64,000 nucleotides of DNA from Selaginella moellendorffii (lineage: Eukaryota > Plantae > Lycopodiophyta): positions 129,332 through 193,331 of the forward strand of contig NW_003314416.1 of the NCBI RefSeq assembly GCF_000143415.4. Reading direction: 5' to 3'. The notes beneath the pieces are model-generated. The model had not been told where the DNA came from, made no database searches, and saw only the letters and a list, made by a program, of their open reading frames with translations. This document shows positions 34,345 through 45,813 of this stretch, piece by piece (position 1 is the stretch's first letter; every line of letters starts with the position of its first letter). The translations under genes and the position numbers were made by a program.

Positions 34345-34788
34345 GATGGCATGTATTTATTTAAAAATGTAACTTATTATGGCATGGGGTTCCATGCCAT
34401 TGTATTAATATTAAAAGAAAATTCTTTGAGAGGATTTGCATTATACTAGAAGTGTAACAGCATGTTATTGGAAGTCTACGAAGTTGTTTTATTAATAAGG
34501 GGAAAGTAAAGATTGAATAGGGACTTGGGCTCCACCTAGACTCGGAGCAACTGAGCCAATATTAAAAGGATGGAAAGAAATTGGACGACGATGACAAGGA
34601 GAAGAGAGAGGTGAAGCAGTGGCAGGGGGAGGAGAAGTGATTGAGTAGACATTTCCTTGTTTAAAATAAAATGGCATGTGCCTCAATGCAGTTGAATTTT
34701 GTTATATTTATATACTATATAAGGGTTTGGAAACCTTATTTTACAAGTGGGATAATGACAATTCCCACTTTAACGAAATAGAGCTTAA

Positions 34789-37744
34789 GACCAATATCAG
34801 AAGCATCCACACGCAAAATAAAAGGTCGAGTGTAGTCAGGATATGCCAAAACCGGAGGAGTCGTCAATAGCTTTTTGAGATCCCCGAACGCCCGCTCACA
34901 ATCCGGAGACCAGATGAAAGATGATGTTGATGACTTCAGCAATACTCGCAATGGTGCAGTGCGATCAGAAAGATTATCCACAAAACGACCGAGATACTGC
35001 ACCTTGCCCAAGAAGCGCTGCACATCATTCACACATTTCGGAGTAGGGAACTTTAGAACAGCCACAAGTTTGTCAGGATCAACTTGCAAACCCTCATGAG
35101 AAATACGGTACCCAAGATAAGTTGTATCCTTGGACCCAAACACGCACTTCGACCGCTTCAGCTTTAAACCAACATTGTGTAGCTGATCCAACACTTTACA
35201 AACATCACGAACGTGCTCCTCCCACGTCCCCTCCGAGTGAATCAAGACATCATCAATGAAGTCGGCAGTCACCTCTGGCATATCACAAAGAACCTCGTCC
35301 ATCATCCGTTGGAAAGTTGCCGGAGCGTTGTTCAAACCAAACGGCATCACCAAGAACTCGTACAAACCAAACGGTGTACGAAAAGCAGTCTTAGGAATAT
35401 CTTCTGCGGCCATTGGTACTTGCCAGTACCCAGAAGGAAGATCTAGCTTGGTGAACCAACGACTTTGCCCTAGACGATCCAGGAGATTAGCAGTGTGAGG
35501 AAGAGGGTACACATCCGGGATCGTCACTTCATTTAATGGACGATAGTCGATGCAGAAACAAATACTCCCATCAGGCTTCGTCACAAGATGAGGTTCACAT
35601 GCCCAAGGACTCTGCAACTTCTGAATAACACCCATCTCCAACATCTCCTTGACGTTTGCACGTAAAATCTTGATCTCCTTGGGTGACCGACGACGAACAG
35701 GAACCTTGATTGGACGAGCATCCCCGGTTGGAATCGGATGACGTGTGGCAATCTTGGCCCCAGACGATAGGTCAAAATCAAAGAGATCAGAATACTCCTT
35801 CATGAGCCGGTCAACAGCTGCAACACAAAGATCATCAGAGGGATCGGAAAAGGGAAGAGCAGAACAAGATGGAAACATAGTAGGAAATAGTGGGGGAACA
35901 AAAGTAATGGAAGCAGAGGTAGAGGGATGAAGAGGTACGGAAGTGAGAGGAATGGATGAAACATAAGGAAGTATGAGACAAGGGGGAGAAGCTTCAAAGT
36001 CACACTTGGCATGATTGTGCTGCAACCAATCCATACCAAGAATGAGGTCAAAAGCTTGGCTCGGCACCACCCGCAACGACTGCAACTCAAGCTCGAGATC
36101 GTCCATATACACAACCAGGTCCGCCTCATCTCGTGCACATGCATGGGTACGGCCGTTGCCATAAAGAATGAAAACTGGATCCGCCGCACGATGCAACTGT
36201 AGACGACAACGTGTGGTAACAGGTCGAGCAATAGAAGATAAACTCAAACCTGTATCAACCAACACAAAGAGAATAATAGGAGACCTCTTGTTATAAAAAC
36301 GAGCTTGGAAAGTAAACACTGGATGAACTGGTGCCGAGTGAACCCCTTGATGATACTCCCGAAAGAAAGATGGAGGGGTCACTAACTTATTCGCGCAAGG
36401 TCCCTCCATTACTCGCGCGACTCCTCATTTCCTAGATGCACCTCAGTGTCCAAACCTTCCACCGAAGCAGCACCAACGGGACGTTGCTGACGCCAAGGTC
36501 TCCACCCAGGAAATGGAGGTCGCCAATCCGGAAAGCGCCGACAACGCCGATAAGTATGACCAACTTCATCACATACCCAGCAACGAACATCACGGCCACA
36601 ACCACGTCCTCGCCCTTGTCCTTGGACTCGAGTAGCAGCAGCATCAACCTCCATTGGAACAAGACCATCACTCATAGGAAGTGGAGCGGAAGGACGTGTA
36701 GCGAGAAGTGGAAGAGGCGACGTTTCATAACGTTGTGCCAAGCGAAGAGCATCGTTCAAGGGTGGCAGGAGCAAGTGCATGCACAAGGCCGACAAGATCT
36801 TGACGAAGTGCTGGCCACAACATTCCTAGCTTGATCCGCTCCGACATATTGGGCTCCACACGAAGCAAAAGACTTCGGAAACGAACGCCAAATTGCATCA
36901 CTGACTCAGATGGCCCTTGGCGAAGATGATGCAATTGTTGGAAGGCATCGTCACAATCGTCGGCATGTCCGAAGGCGCGTTTGAAGACGTCCGGAAGAAG
37001 ACTCCAATCCCCACGAGTGGCCGCACTCAATCCATTGTACCACTGCAACGCTGTCCCTTGGAGACACGTGGGAAACTCACGCAAACGTCAAGCATCATCC
37101 CAAGAATGATATGTGGCAATCACCGTGAAGTGATCGAACCAATGGTACACATCATCCCCAGGATTCCCACGAAAAAACTCTGGCCAAACGCGAGGATTAG
37201 CACCAAGAGCAGGAGGAGTTGGACCATGTGCCGTGAATGCCACCATCAATTGAGTTTGGTTGTTTAATGCAAGCGCATAGCATCAAGCAATTGGACCAAC
37301 TGCTGCTCTAGAGTCAAAGGAGGAGATTGCTGATCTGCCATGAAGATGGACGAAGAAAGAGCAAAAGAAGAGAAAGGACAAAAAAGTTAGAAGGAAATGG
37401 TAGATCTAGACAATGCAAAAAGTTAGATCACCAAAATCCTAAAAAGAAAGAACAAAAGAAAGGAAATGGAAAAAGCTAGATCTAGACGATGCAAAAGCTA
37501 GATCTAAACCAAAATCCCAAATCCAAGCACTCTTCAAGGACCATCAAAAGTGCCCCTCACCTCCACCAATGTGAGTGCATGGAATATGGAAAGGGAATAC
37601 AGAAATGTGCATATCCATTAGCCCAAAAACCCTAGCTTATATACAAGAGCGAGTGATCCGGATTAAAACCAATCCGACGGCTACTAAAATCCCACTACGC
37701 TAATATTAGTATACGGCATCATAGCCGTACACTTGGCCCTCACA
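34789..37744 (-). mobile_element. Ty3/Gypsy LTR retrotransposon, 5' half (LTR, gag, PR, RT), cut in RNase H by the TIR element
   Basis: 175-bp LTR TGTGAG...CTCACA at 37570-37744 and PBS TGGTGGAG (tRNA-Ala type). Gag (QGTALQWY, CWVCDEVGHTYRRC) with stop/frameshift. Pol 36409-34789 has LVDTG, FCIDYR, MPFGL, FIDDVLI and VDASDIG. Confidence 0.95.
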
Positions 37745-38613
37745 ATATATTTTTCCTTTATATATTAATATAATTGATAATTAATATAATTTTAATAATT
37801 TAATAAATTAATATAATGTTAGGAGTTGTTGGGGGAAGGCATTTTGGCTTATTAGCTTTAATGTTGAAGTTGGTTTTTGCATCTAGCAATCATTGGTGAT
37901 AATTGATTATCATCTAAGATAGTTGATTATCCTTGTCAAAAGGTTTTGTTTAATTGTTGTTGATATAGAATGATTCTCTGTTTTTTGGGATGGTGGATTC
38001 CTTCTTTGACGATGATTAAGCATATCTCTTTCTGATGGGATGATTGATGATCTTTCATGATAGTTAGTGGTTTTCCTTAGTAGCTTATGGTTTTTCCTAA
38101 TACCATATATTTTTTGTGGTTTGCTTTGGATTGGTCTCTTGGGTTCGAAACATGGGTAGGATGTTGCTAACACTTGCTTAAGCAACTTGGATTTCTTTGT
38201 ATTGTTGACAAAGATCTATTCAAATTGGCTTCTGTGATAGTTGGTATGAATAGGTGTTAGTCTTACCGCATTCATTATGTTCTGTTGATTATTACTCAAG
38301 TTAGTTCTGATAGGTTAGGATGTTATTTCTTTCAGGTGATACATTCGTGAGCATTCTGCTTATCAGTCAATGATACTTTGTGTTCTTTGAGTGATTTTTA
38401 GTAAATTGTTTAGCATACTATCTGCCATCTTTAGTAGTAAGTTTTATCATTGAGTTGACCTCATTCTTAGTATGGATTGGTTGTAGTGCAAACATGAAGT
38501 GTAACTTTGAGGCTTCTCCCCCTTGCTTCATACTTCCTTATGTTTCATCCATTCCTTACTTCTTCATTCCTCTACTTTTACCTCTGCTTCCATTACTTTT
38601 GTTCCCACATTAT

Positions 38614-39792
38614 TGTCACGAATGTGACTTCGGGTATTGAAAGTTACTTGTCGGCCAGTCCTTACGGACACTCTTTCCTTACTACCACGATGGTAGGAGG
38701 TCGGTATTGCTAAACCCTTTATCAGCCCCTCTTGTTCAAGTGTTAGTAAACTAAACTTTGCATCTGTATTTGGCTGGATGAGCATAAGCACGGAATTCCT
38801 AAATGTCTATTAAGCCAAGCATACTTGGCCCGGCTTTTTAATTCTCTTTTGCTCTATCTTGGACTGACTTGATAAAAACCCTCGCGTATTGAGATTAGTC
38901 CCTCAATATCGCTGGATGATAGTTTACCGTGTCTGCCAAACACCCTCACTATCATGCCCTTTGTGTTAGTCTCATTTCGGTCCTAAATGCTATTTATGGA
39001 AAGTGTCCAGATTTGCTTATTTAGCATATCTACGGAATGTAGACATGTCCTGTGTCCAAATTCGCAATCTAGTGCCATTCCATATTTAGTAAGTTTTGAG
39101 CTTGTTGCAGAGACTAACTCTTGATACTAAGGGAGGCTTGGGGTGAAAGCCCAAAGCATGTGTTCCTCAAGGGGGGGGGGGGGGGGGGGGCTGTGGGGGG
39201 TTCCAAATGTATAGTAGGGATAGTGGGTAAGGGGGGGGGGGGGGGGGGGGCTGTGGGGGGTTCCAAATGTATAGTAGGGATAGTGGGTAGGTTGGGCATG
39301 GTTGACCAACCTGAGGCATAGTCTAGCTCCCGCTTGCATGCCTGTCCTTGTTCTGCGTCCGGCTTGGGTCTAAGCCCAAGTTCCACACCATGCTAGCTGG
39401 TGGAGTACCCATATCCTTGCGTTAGGCCATTGGTATGCTGAAATAGCGCCAGACTCCATTTGGATTCGTTTTGCGTGCTGGTCCTGGTATTGGGATGCTG
39501 GTTGTTCCACGACTGTTCCAAGTCACTCCGGGCTCTTGTCCCTTCACTCCTTGGGCTGTATGCTCGAAAGTTGCTCCATGGTTCGGTTCCATCACTCCTT
39601 GGCTCCATGCTTGGGAGTTTGGCAGCATTCCTTCGTTCAGTAACCCAAAGCCTTGAACTTTTGATTCCACACCACTGTCCTTTGGACATGTGGCATGTGT
39701 CATGTGGCATAAAGAGGGTTTAGGTTCCTCTTCATGGTGTTATCCTATGGTAAATCACCATAGGATAAAGGGTCAAAACCACGTGCATTACA
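38614..39792 (+). mobile_element. Solo LTR (1,179 bp)
   Basis: TG...CA ends with TSD ATTAT at 38609-38613 and 39793-39797. Orientation is taken from the PPT-preceded homolog at 52283. Confidence 0.95.
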
Positions 39793-42118
39793 ATTATTTC
39801 CTTCTATGTTTCTTTCTTGTTTTGCTCTTCCCTTTTCCAATCCCTTCGACAATCTTTGTGTTGCAGTGGTCGACCGGCACATGAAGGAGTATTCTGATCT
39901 CTTTGAATTTGACCAATCGTCTGGGGCCAAGATTGCCATATGTCATCTGATTCCAACTGGGGATACTCATCTAATCAAGGTTCTTGTTCATCGTCGGTCA
40001 CCCAAGGAACATCTTGTGACGAAGCCTGATGAGAGTATTCGTGTTTGCATTGACTATCATTCGTTGAACAAAGTAACAATCCCAGATGTGTACCCTCTTT
40101 CTCACACTACTGATCTCTTGGATCGTCTAGGGCGAAGTCATTTCACCAAGCTAGATCTTGCTTTTGGGTACTGGCAAGTACTAATGGCCGAAGAAGATAT
40201 TCCTAAGACTACTTTTTGTACACCATTTGGTTTGTATGAGTTCTTCGTAATACCGTTTGGTTTGAATAATGCTCCTGCAACTTTCCAGCAGATGATGGAG
40301 GAGGTTTTTTGCGATATGCCGGAGGTGACTGCTAACTTCATTGATGATGTCTAGATCCACTCAGAGGGGATGTGGGAGGAGCACGTTCGTGATGTTTGTT
40401 TAGTGTTGGATCGGCCACACAACCCTGGTTTAAAACTGAAGCAGTCAAAGTGCATGTTTGAGTCCAAGGACACAACTTATCTTGGGTACTGTATTTCTCG
40501 TGAGGGTTTGCAAGTTGATCCTGACAAACTTGTGGCTGTTCTAAAGTTCCCTACTCCAAAGTGTATGAATGATGTGTAGTGCTTCTTGGGCAAGGTGTAA
40601 TATCTCAGTTGTTTTGTGGATCATCTTTTTTATCACACTGCACCATTGCGACTGTTGCTGAAGTCATCAATGTCATCTTTCATTTGGTCTCCGGATTGTG
40701 AGCGGGCATTCATGGATCTCAAAGAGTTATTATCGACTCCTCTGGTTTTGGCATATCCTGACTACACTCGACCTTTTATTTTGCGTGTGGATACTTCTGA
40801 CATTAGTCTTAGAGGTGTGTTGATGCAAGAGAGCTTGAGTGTGCCTAGTCAGTGCCATCCCATTGCATATATAACCCGTACATTACAACCAGTGAAAATG
40901 AACTACTCCATGATAGAGGAGTGTTTAGTAGCAGTTTGTGGTTTCGAGAAACTTCATGCATATTTACATGGTTCTCGAACATTACTTGAAGGTGACCATG
41001 TTGTTGTTACTTCATTATTGAAGCGGAAGAACCTAATTGGTTGTACTGCTTGATGGGCTTTGAAGCTTTAGATATATAATTTTGATGTTGTTCATTATTC
41101 AAAGAGTTTTATGGCTAATGTTGATGCCTTTTCTCGAGCTCCTCTTCCTTCTCCACTCTCTTCTCATGTTTCTAACGAGCATGTTGTTCCAGTATTTGTG
41201 GATTTTCTAGACAAGGATTTTGTGCCATCGGTGGTTGCTGTACTTGACATTTAGTGTCCACAAGGCCTAGAGCAAGATCTACCTCGTCTTGATGAGGTTC
41301 GTGAGGCTCAAAAAATTGAGCCATGGATTCGAAGGCTTCAAGATGGGTTTGAGAATCTTGCATCACTTGCTGATTACTTGCCTTTCCGGCATTTACATTC
41401 TCAATATCACCTTGAAGATGGCCTTCTTTATTTTGTGGGGATGGATCTTAATGATCATTTACGGCTGGTGGTGACTTCTGTTTTTATTCCATGGTTTCTC
41501 CATGCCTACCATGATTCCTCCTGTTCTAGATGGGCATATGGGCCATTGTCGTGTAATCGAGAAGCTGCGTAGATCTTTCTATTGGCCGGAGATGCGATGT
41601 GATATTATCTGGTATGTGCATAGCTGCGTTTGGTGCCAAGCTCGTAATACTCCCCCTCGTGCTGCAAAAGGACGGTTGGAGTCAATTATAGTTTCCCGAC
41701 CATTTGAGTTGCTGGCATTTAATCTTATGGGACCTTTTCCACAGTCGACTACTGGCAATGAGTATGTTATTATTGCTTCTGACTACTTAATTCGTTAGAT
41801 GGAAGTTGGTGCTCTTGCTAGCACCTTTGCAACTGCTGTTGGATACTTCTTCCTTAATCGAGTGGTGTTCCAGCATTCTTGTCCAGAGCAGATTCTCTCG
41901 GATAATGATCCCGCATTTATGGCTGAGGCATTTCATGTTTTGACGTCTCGGGTGGGGATATGCCACACTTTCATGAGTGCTTATCATCCACAATCAGATG
42001 GTCTGGTAGAACAGCTCGTTCAAACATTCAAAGGGATGATTGTGAAGTATGTGAACTTTCAGCATTCGGATTGAGATGGTTATTTGCCTTCTCTTTGGCA
42101 TGCATATGTCACAGGGTG

Positions 42119-45069
42119 TGTAAGCAACCAAAGAGAATGACTTGAAAGACGGTCCATAGAATTCAAATATAGAGGGAAAGGGCTCATGAATAAGACTGCA
42201 CCTCCTTTTCCAATTGGTTAAAGGTCTTGGTTAAGCATCCTTGGGTTTGAGTAGTACTGGGCTGAGTGACCTCCCGGGAAGTCCAAGGCTAGTGGGGGCA
42301 TGTTACAAAGCATCCCAATTCCAGATCGTTCGTGGAAATGTCTTACGATGGACTTCATCACGGGACTTACCCCCAGCGAGGGGTTTGATGCGATATTCAT
42401 GGTGGTGGACTGATTTTTGAAGATGGCACATTTCATACCCACCACAACGGAAGTGGATGCGGAAGGTATGGCGAAGCTATTCTTCGAACAAGTAGTTCGA
42501 GTGCGGGGAAGGCTGGAAGAGATCATCTCAGATCAAGATAAGATCCTCACTAGTAGGTTTTGGAGAACTCTCTTGGAATAGTATCGCACCAAGTTGAAAT
42601 TCAGCACAGCCTATCACCCACAAACAGGTATGGGGTATTAAGTCAAGTTTGATGGCACTAACACTGCAGCTGGAGGATTATTTGCGATGCTATGTCTCAA
42701 GAGACCAGACCGATTGGGTAAGTCACTTAGGACTTGCGAAAATGTGTTATAATAACTCACCACATTCGAGTATTGGGGTGAGTCCATGGGAAGTCATCAA
42801 TGGGCAAGCTATTGAAGGTCCTGTGGAGCTCGGTGTGGCTGAGTACCATGGAGAGTTACCTGCAGTGGAGGCATTCATGGCAGAAAGACTCAACATTTGG
42901 AATCTAGTGAGGGATTCCTTGGAACGAGCTCAACAAAGGCAAACCAAGTACGCGAACCAAAAGCATCGGGATGTAGAGTTCCAAGCTGGGGAGAAGGTGT
43001 GGCTGAATACCAAGAACCTCAGGCTGCCAAGTGGGATCAGTAGGAAGTTGACCCAAAGGTAAAAATGCATGTATTCTTAGAAATGAATTGATCTTGAGTT
43101 CCTTAAGCAGATTCGTGGGGCCTTACGAGATTGAGGCACGAATCGGTAAAGTGGCTTACCGTCTCTGACTTCCTCGAGAGATGGGGAAGATGCACTCAGT
43201 GTTCCATGTGAACCTACTCAAGCCGTACTTTGAGGATCCGCTTCGCAAGGACCAAGTGAGACCTTTACCTGAGGTTATCCAAGAGGAAGAGGAATACGAA
43301 GTGGAGACCATCCTGAATGCGTGCAAGAGCAAGCGACAAGGACACGAGGTGAGAGAGTTCCATGTGAAGTGGAAAGGATTTCCACACTGCGAAGCAACAT
43401 GGGAACCGGAGGAGAACCTAGCGAACGCGCGAGATCTAGTGGAGGAATTTCTGCAAGGCAGAACTCTATATACTTATGCAAAGTTCAATTAAAGTATCAA
43501 TTTGTGAAGTTGAGAAATGGCATATGTTGGGACCCAAAGGTGCGCTGAAGGTAAGCTAATTAGCATGGGTTAGCTATGTCAACCAGGTGTAGAGAACTAT
43601 GTCCGACTCCCCACGGGGATGTCGAATCTGTAAACATATTCTACAGAGGTTGGGTTTGAGTCCAAACCCCCTAGTAAAGCAAGGCTAGGTTCAAGTCCCG
43701 ACCCCATACTAGGGCGTGGTGAGGTGAGGGGTATAGGGACCCCTATACTCCGTTGTCATGGGTTCTTGGCCGGGGAGGCTAACTTATGCACACCGCTAAG
43801 TGGGGGGATGCCCCTGGAGACATGGTCAACAAGTCGTAGGATAAAATGAGACGTTTGATATGGGCATCGAACTTCTTCTATGGGTGGTGGAGTTGTAAGG
43901 AACCAACTCCCCGAGGTGTCGAAGGCTAAAGGATCCCCGAAAGCATGACCAAAATGACAAAGAGTTCATCGGATGGGACCGAGTCTGAGATCGAGTCCAA
44001 GACCGACTCTAAGACCGAGTTCAAGATAGAGTTCGGGATCGAGTCCGAGGCCGACTTGGAGACCGAGTTTGAGGCCAAGTTCGAGACTGAGTTCGAGACT
44101 GAGTCCGAGATCCAAAATCGGGTCCGAGACCGAGTCCAAAATCGAGTCCAAAGTCGAGTCCGAGATCGGGTCCGAGATCAAGTCTGAGATCGGGTCCAAG
44201 ATCGAGTTTGAGATCGAGTCCGAGACCGAGTCCGAGATCGAGTTTGAGACCGAGTTCGAAGTCGGGTCCGAGATCGAGTCCAAGAAGTCCGAGACTTAGT
44301 TCGAGTACTAATATAGGTCAAGGGGTGAAAGCCCAAAACGTGTGTCTCCCAAGGGGGGGGGGGGGCGTTGCAGGGGGTTCCAAAAGTATATTAGGGATAG
44401 TGAGGTCCAGGAACCAGTTTTGAAGGAACTCTCTAGTGGTGCTTCCAAACTGACTTGAGGTTGAGATTAGGACTGAGGGGCCTTGGGTGGGAGTGAGCAT
44501 GGACTTGGTTGGTGCTGGAGGGGCCATCCAAGGAAGTGCTCAAGAGCAACTCCCACTCCCGAAAGGGAAACCGACTGCGGTGCTCCACTTGAGTACCTTG
44601 CGGCTCATTGGTCCTCGCCCTTCCTAGGGGCTCGGACCTTCCCTTCGGGATGGAAGTGGGGGGGGTAGAGGTACCCATACTGGGCTGTTAGGCCACAGTG
44701 TTTCGCCCCAGTGTCCCAAGCATGTGTTGCACTCAAGACTTGGGATTTAGAGGGTCCCATGATCAAGTCTTGTGGTACCAAGGGATGTTAGGAATCTGGA
44801 GGCTTGGTGTGCTTGGCTGCAGGGAGTGTTGCCGAACCTTAAGTCCAGTCTAACCCGGGGAGGGGGATTGGGAGAGATTTGGGAATCCGTGGATGGATGG
44901 CTAACCCTCTCTTACTCGTGCAGTGAGTAACTGAAACCAAGTAGGACCAAGTAGGAGCTGGTACCATAGGCGGGAACCTTGGCGAGGGAACTTAGCTAAA
45001 GCTAAGGTGGTGTTAGTCAGATAGACGAGGCAAGCTGGTAAATTGGAATGGAAAAATTTGTGGCTTACA
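42119..45069 (+). mobile_element. Chromovirus (Ty3/Gypsy) remnant: integrase, chromodomain, PPT and 3' LTR
   Basis: [35 protein letters not shown] and chromodomain EYEVETIL...VKWKGF...TWEPEENL. PPT GGGTGGTGGAGT, LTR 43894-45069. The start TGTAAGCAACCAA matches the LTR start. No exact TSD. Confidence 0.9.
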
Positions 45070-45644
45070 GAGGTTCGGCATGATGTCTAGCAGGCCGATC
45101 CTTTAGAGATTGTACATGTGCAACGGCTGAAACACTTCATACAAAGGGATCAACAGCAATTAATACCACCTACAGATCCGCCGATGCCTCCTCCTGACGT
45201 TCCTTTAGATCTCAGCCCATCTACAAGAAAACCCTAATGGTCTTCCATTATTTCGAGAGGAGGGGATGATGTGAGGGCCAAGTGTACAGCTACGATGTTG
45301 TATACTAATATTAGCGTAGTGGGATTTTGGTAGTTGTCATATTGGTTTCAATTCGGACCACTTGCTCATGTATATAAGCTAGGGTTTTTGGGCTAATTTA
45401 TATGCATATTTTCTGTATTCCCTTTCCATGTTCCAAGTACTCACATCATTAGTTTTGGAAGATTTTTATAAGTATAATTAATTTTATAAATCATATTTAC
45501 TCTACAAGAGAAGCATTTTCAACAATACTCATATTAAAATTAATATAAATCATAGTTGTAAATATTGGTTTTATGAATATTGTGATAAATACTTGTGTTA
45601 TTAAACAATAATATATTTTATATTATTTAAAACATATATTAAAA

Positions 45645-45812
45645 TTAATATATTTTTCCTTTATATATTAATATAATTGATAATTAATATAATTTTAATA
45701 ATTTATTAAATTAATATAATGTTAGGAGTTGTTGGGGGAAGGTATTTTGGCTTATTAGCTTTAATATTGAAGTTGGCTTTTGCATCTAGCAATTATTGGT
45801 GATAATTGACTA
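45645..45812 (+). repeat. AT-rich segment duplicated at 37745-37910
   Basis: Near-identical ~165 bp. Confidence 0.85.
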
Positions 45813-45813
45813 T

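Larger units (their letters stand above)
20630..34784 (+). mobile_element. Large (~14.2 kb) TIR DNA transposon, Sola1-like, copy A
   Basis: Perfect 22-bp TIR GCTCTATTTCGTTAAAGTGGGA at 20630-20651 and 34763-34784, flanked by TTAA. Contains a DDD transposase and a divergent cargo gene. Assembly gap at 25283-25382. Confidence 0.9.
38455..45445 (+). mobile_element. Second, degenerate copy of the same Gypsy family (PR end, RT, RH, INT, PPT, 3' LTR) with two nested insertions
   Basis: RT/RH/INT fragments at 39800-42118 (GHMG...FYWP...CVWC, SDND, SAYHPQSDG). PPT at 45255-45269. LTR 45270-45445 is homologous to 37570-37744. Confidence 0.9.

Noticed and set aside
20855-34692. The 22-bp palindromes as a CRISPR-like or MITE array
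   Set aside because: Spacing is irregular, there are no cas genes and no TSD around copies, and the context is eukaryotic.
34736-34788. C-terminus of the 557-aa pol ORF (KLYFVKVGIVIIPLVK)
   Set aside because: Read-through into the TIR. The same applies to the end of ORF 19756-20784 and to ORF 53383-53613.
20626-34788. piggyBac or Kolobok classification from the TTAA flanks
   Set aside because: Transposase motifs are Sola1-like, the third end is ATAA, and A's two flanks come from different host sequences.
42119-45069. Ginger-type DNA transposon (intron-containing integrase with TGT...ACA ends)
   Set aside because: It has a PPT and a full 3' LTR, and the terminal inverted match is only about 7 bp, as is normal for LTRs.
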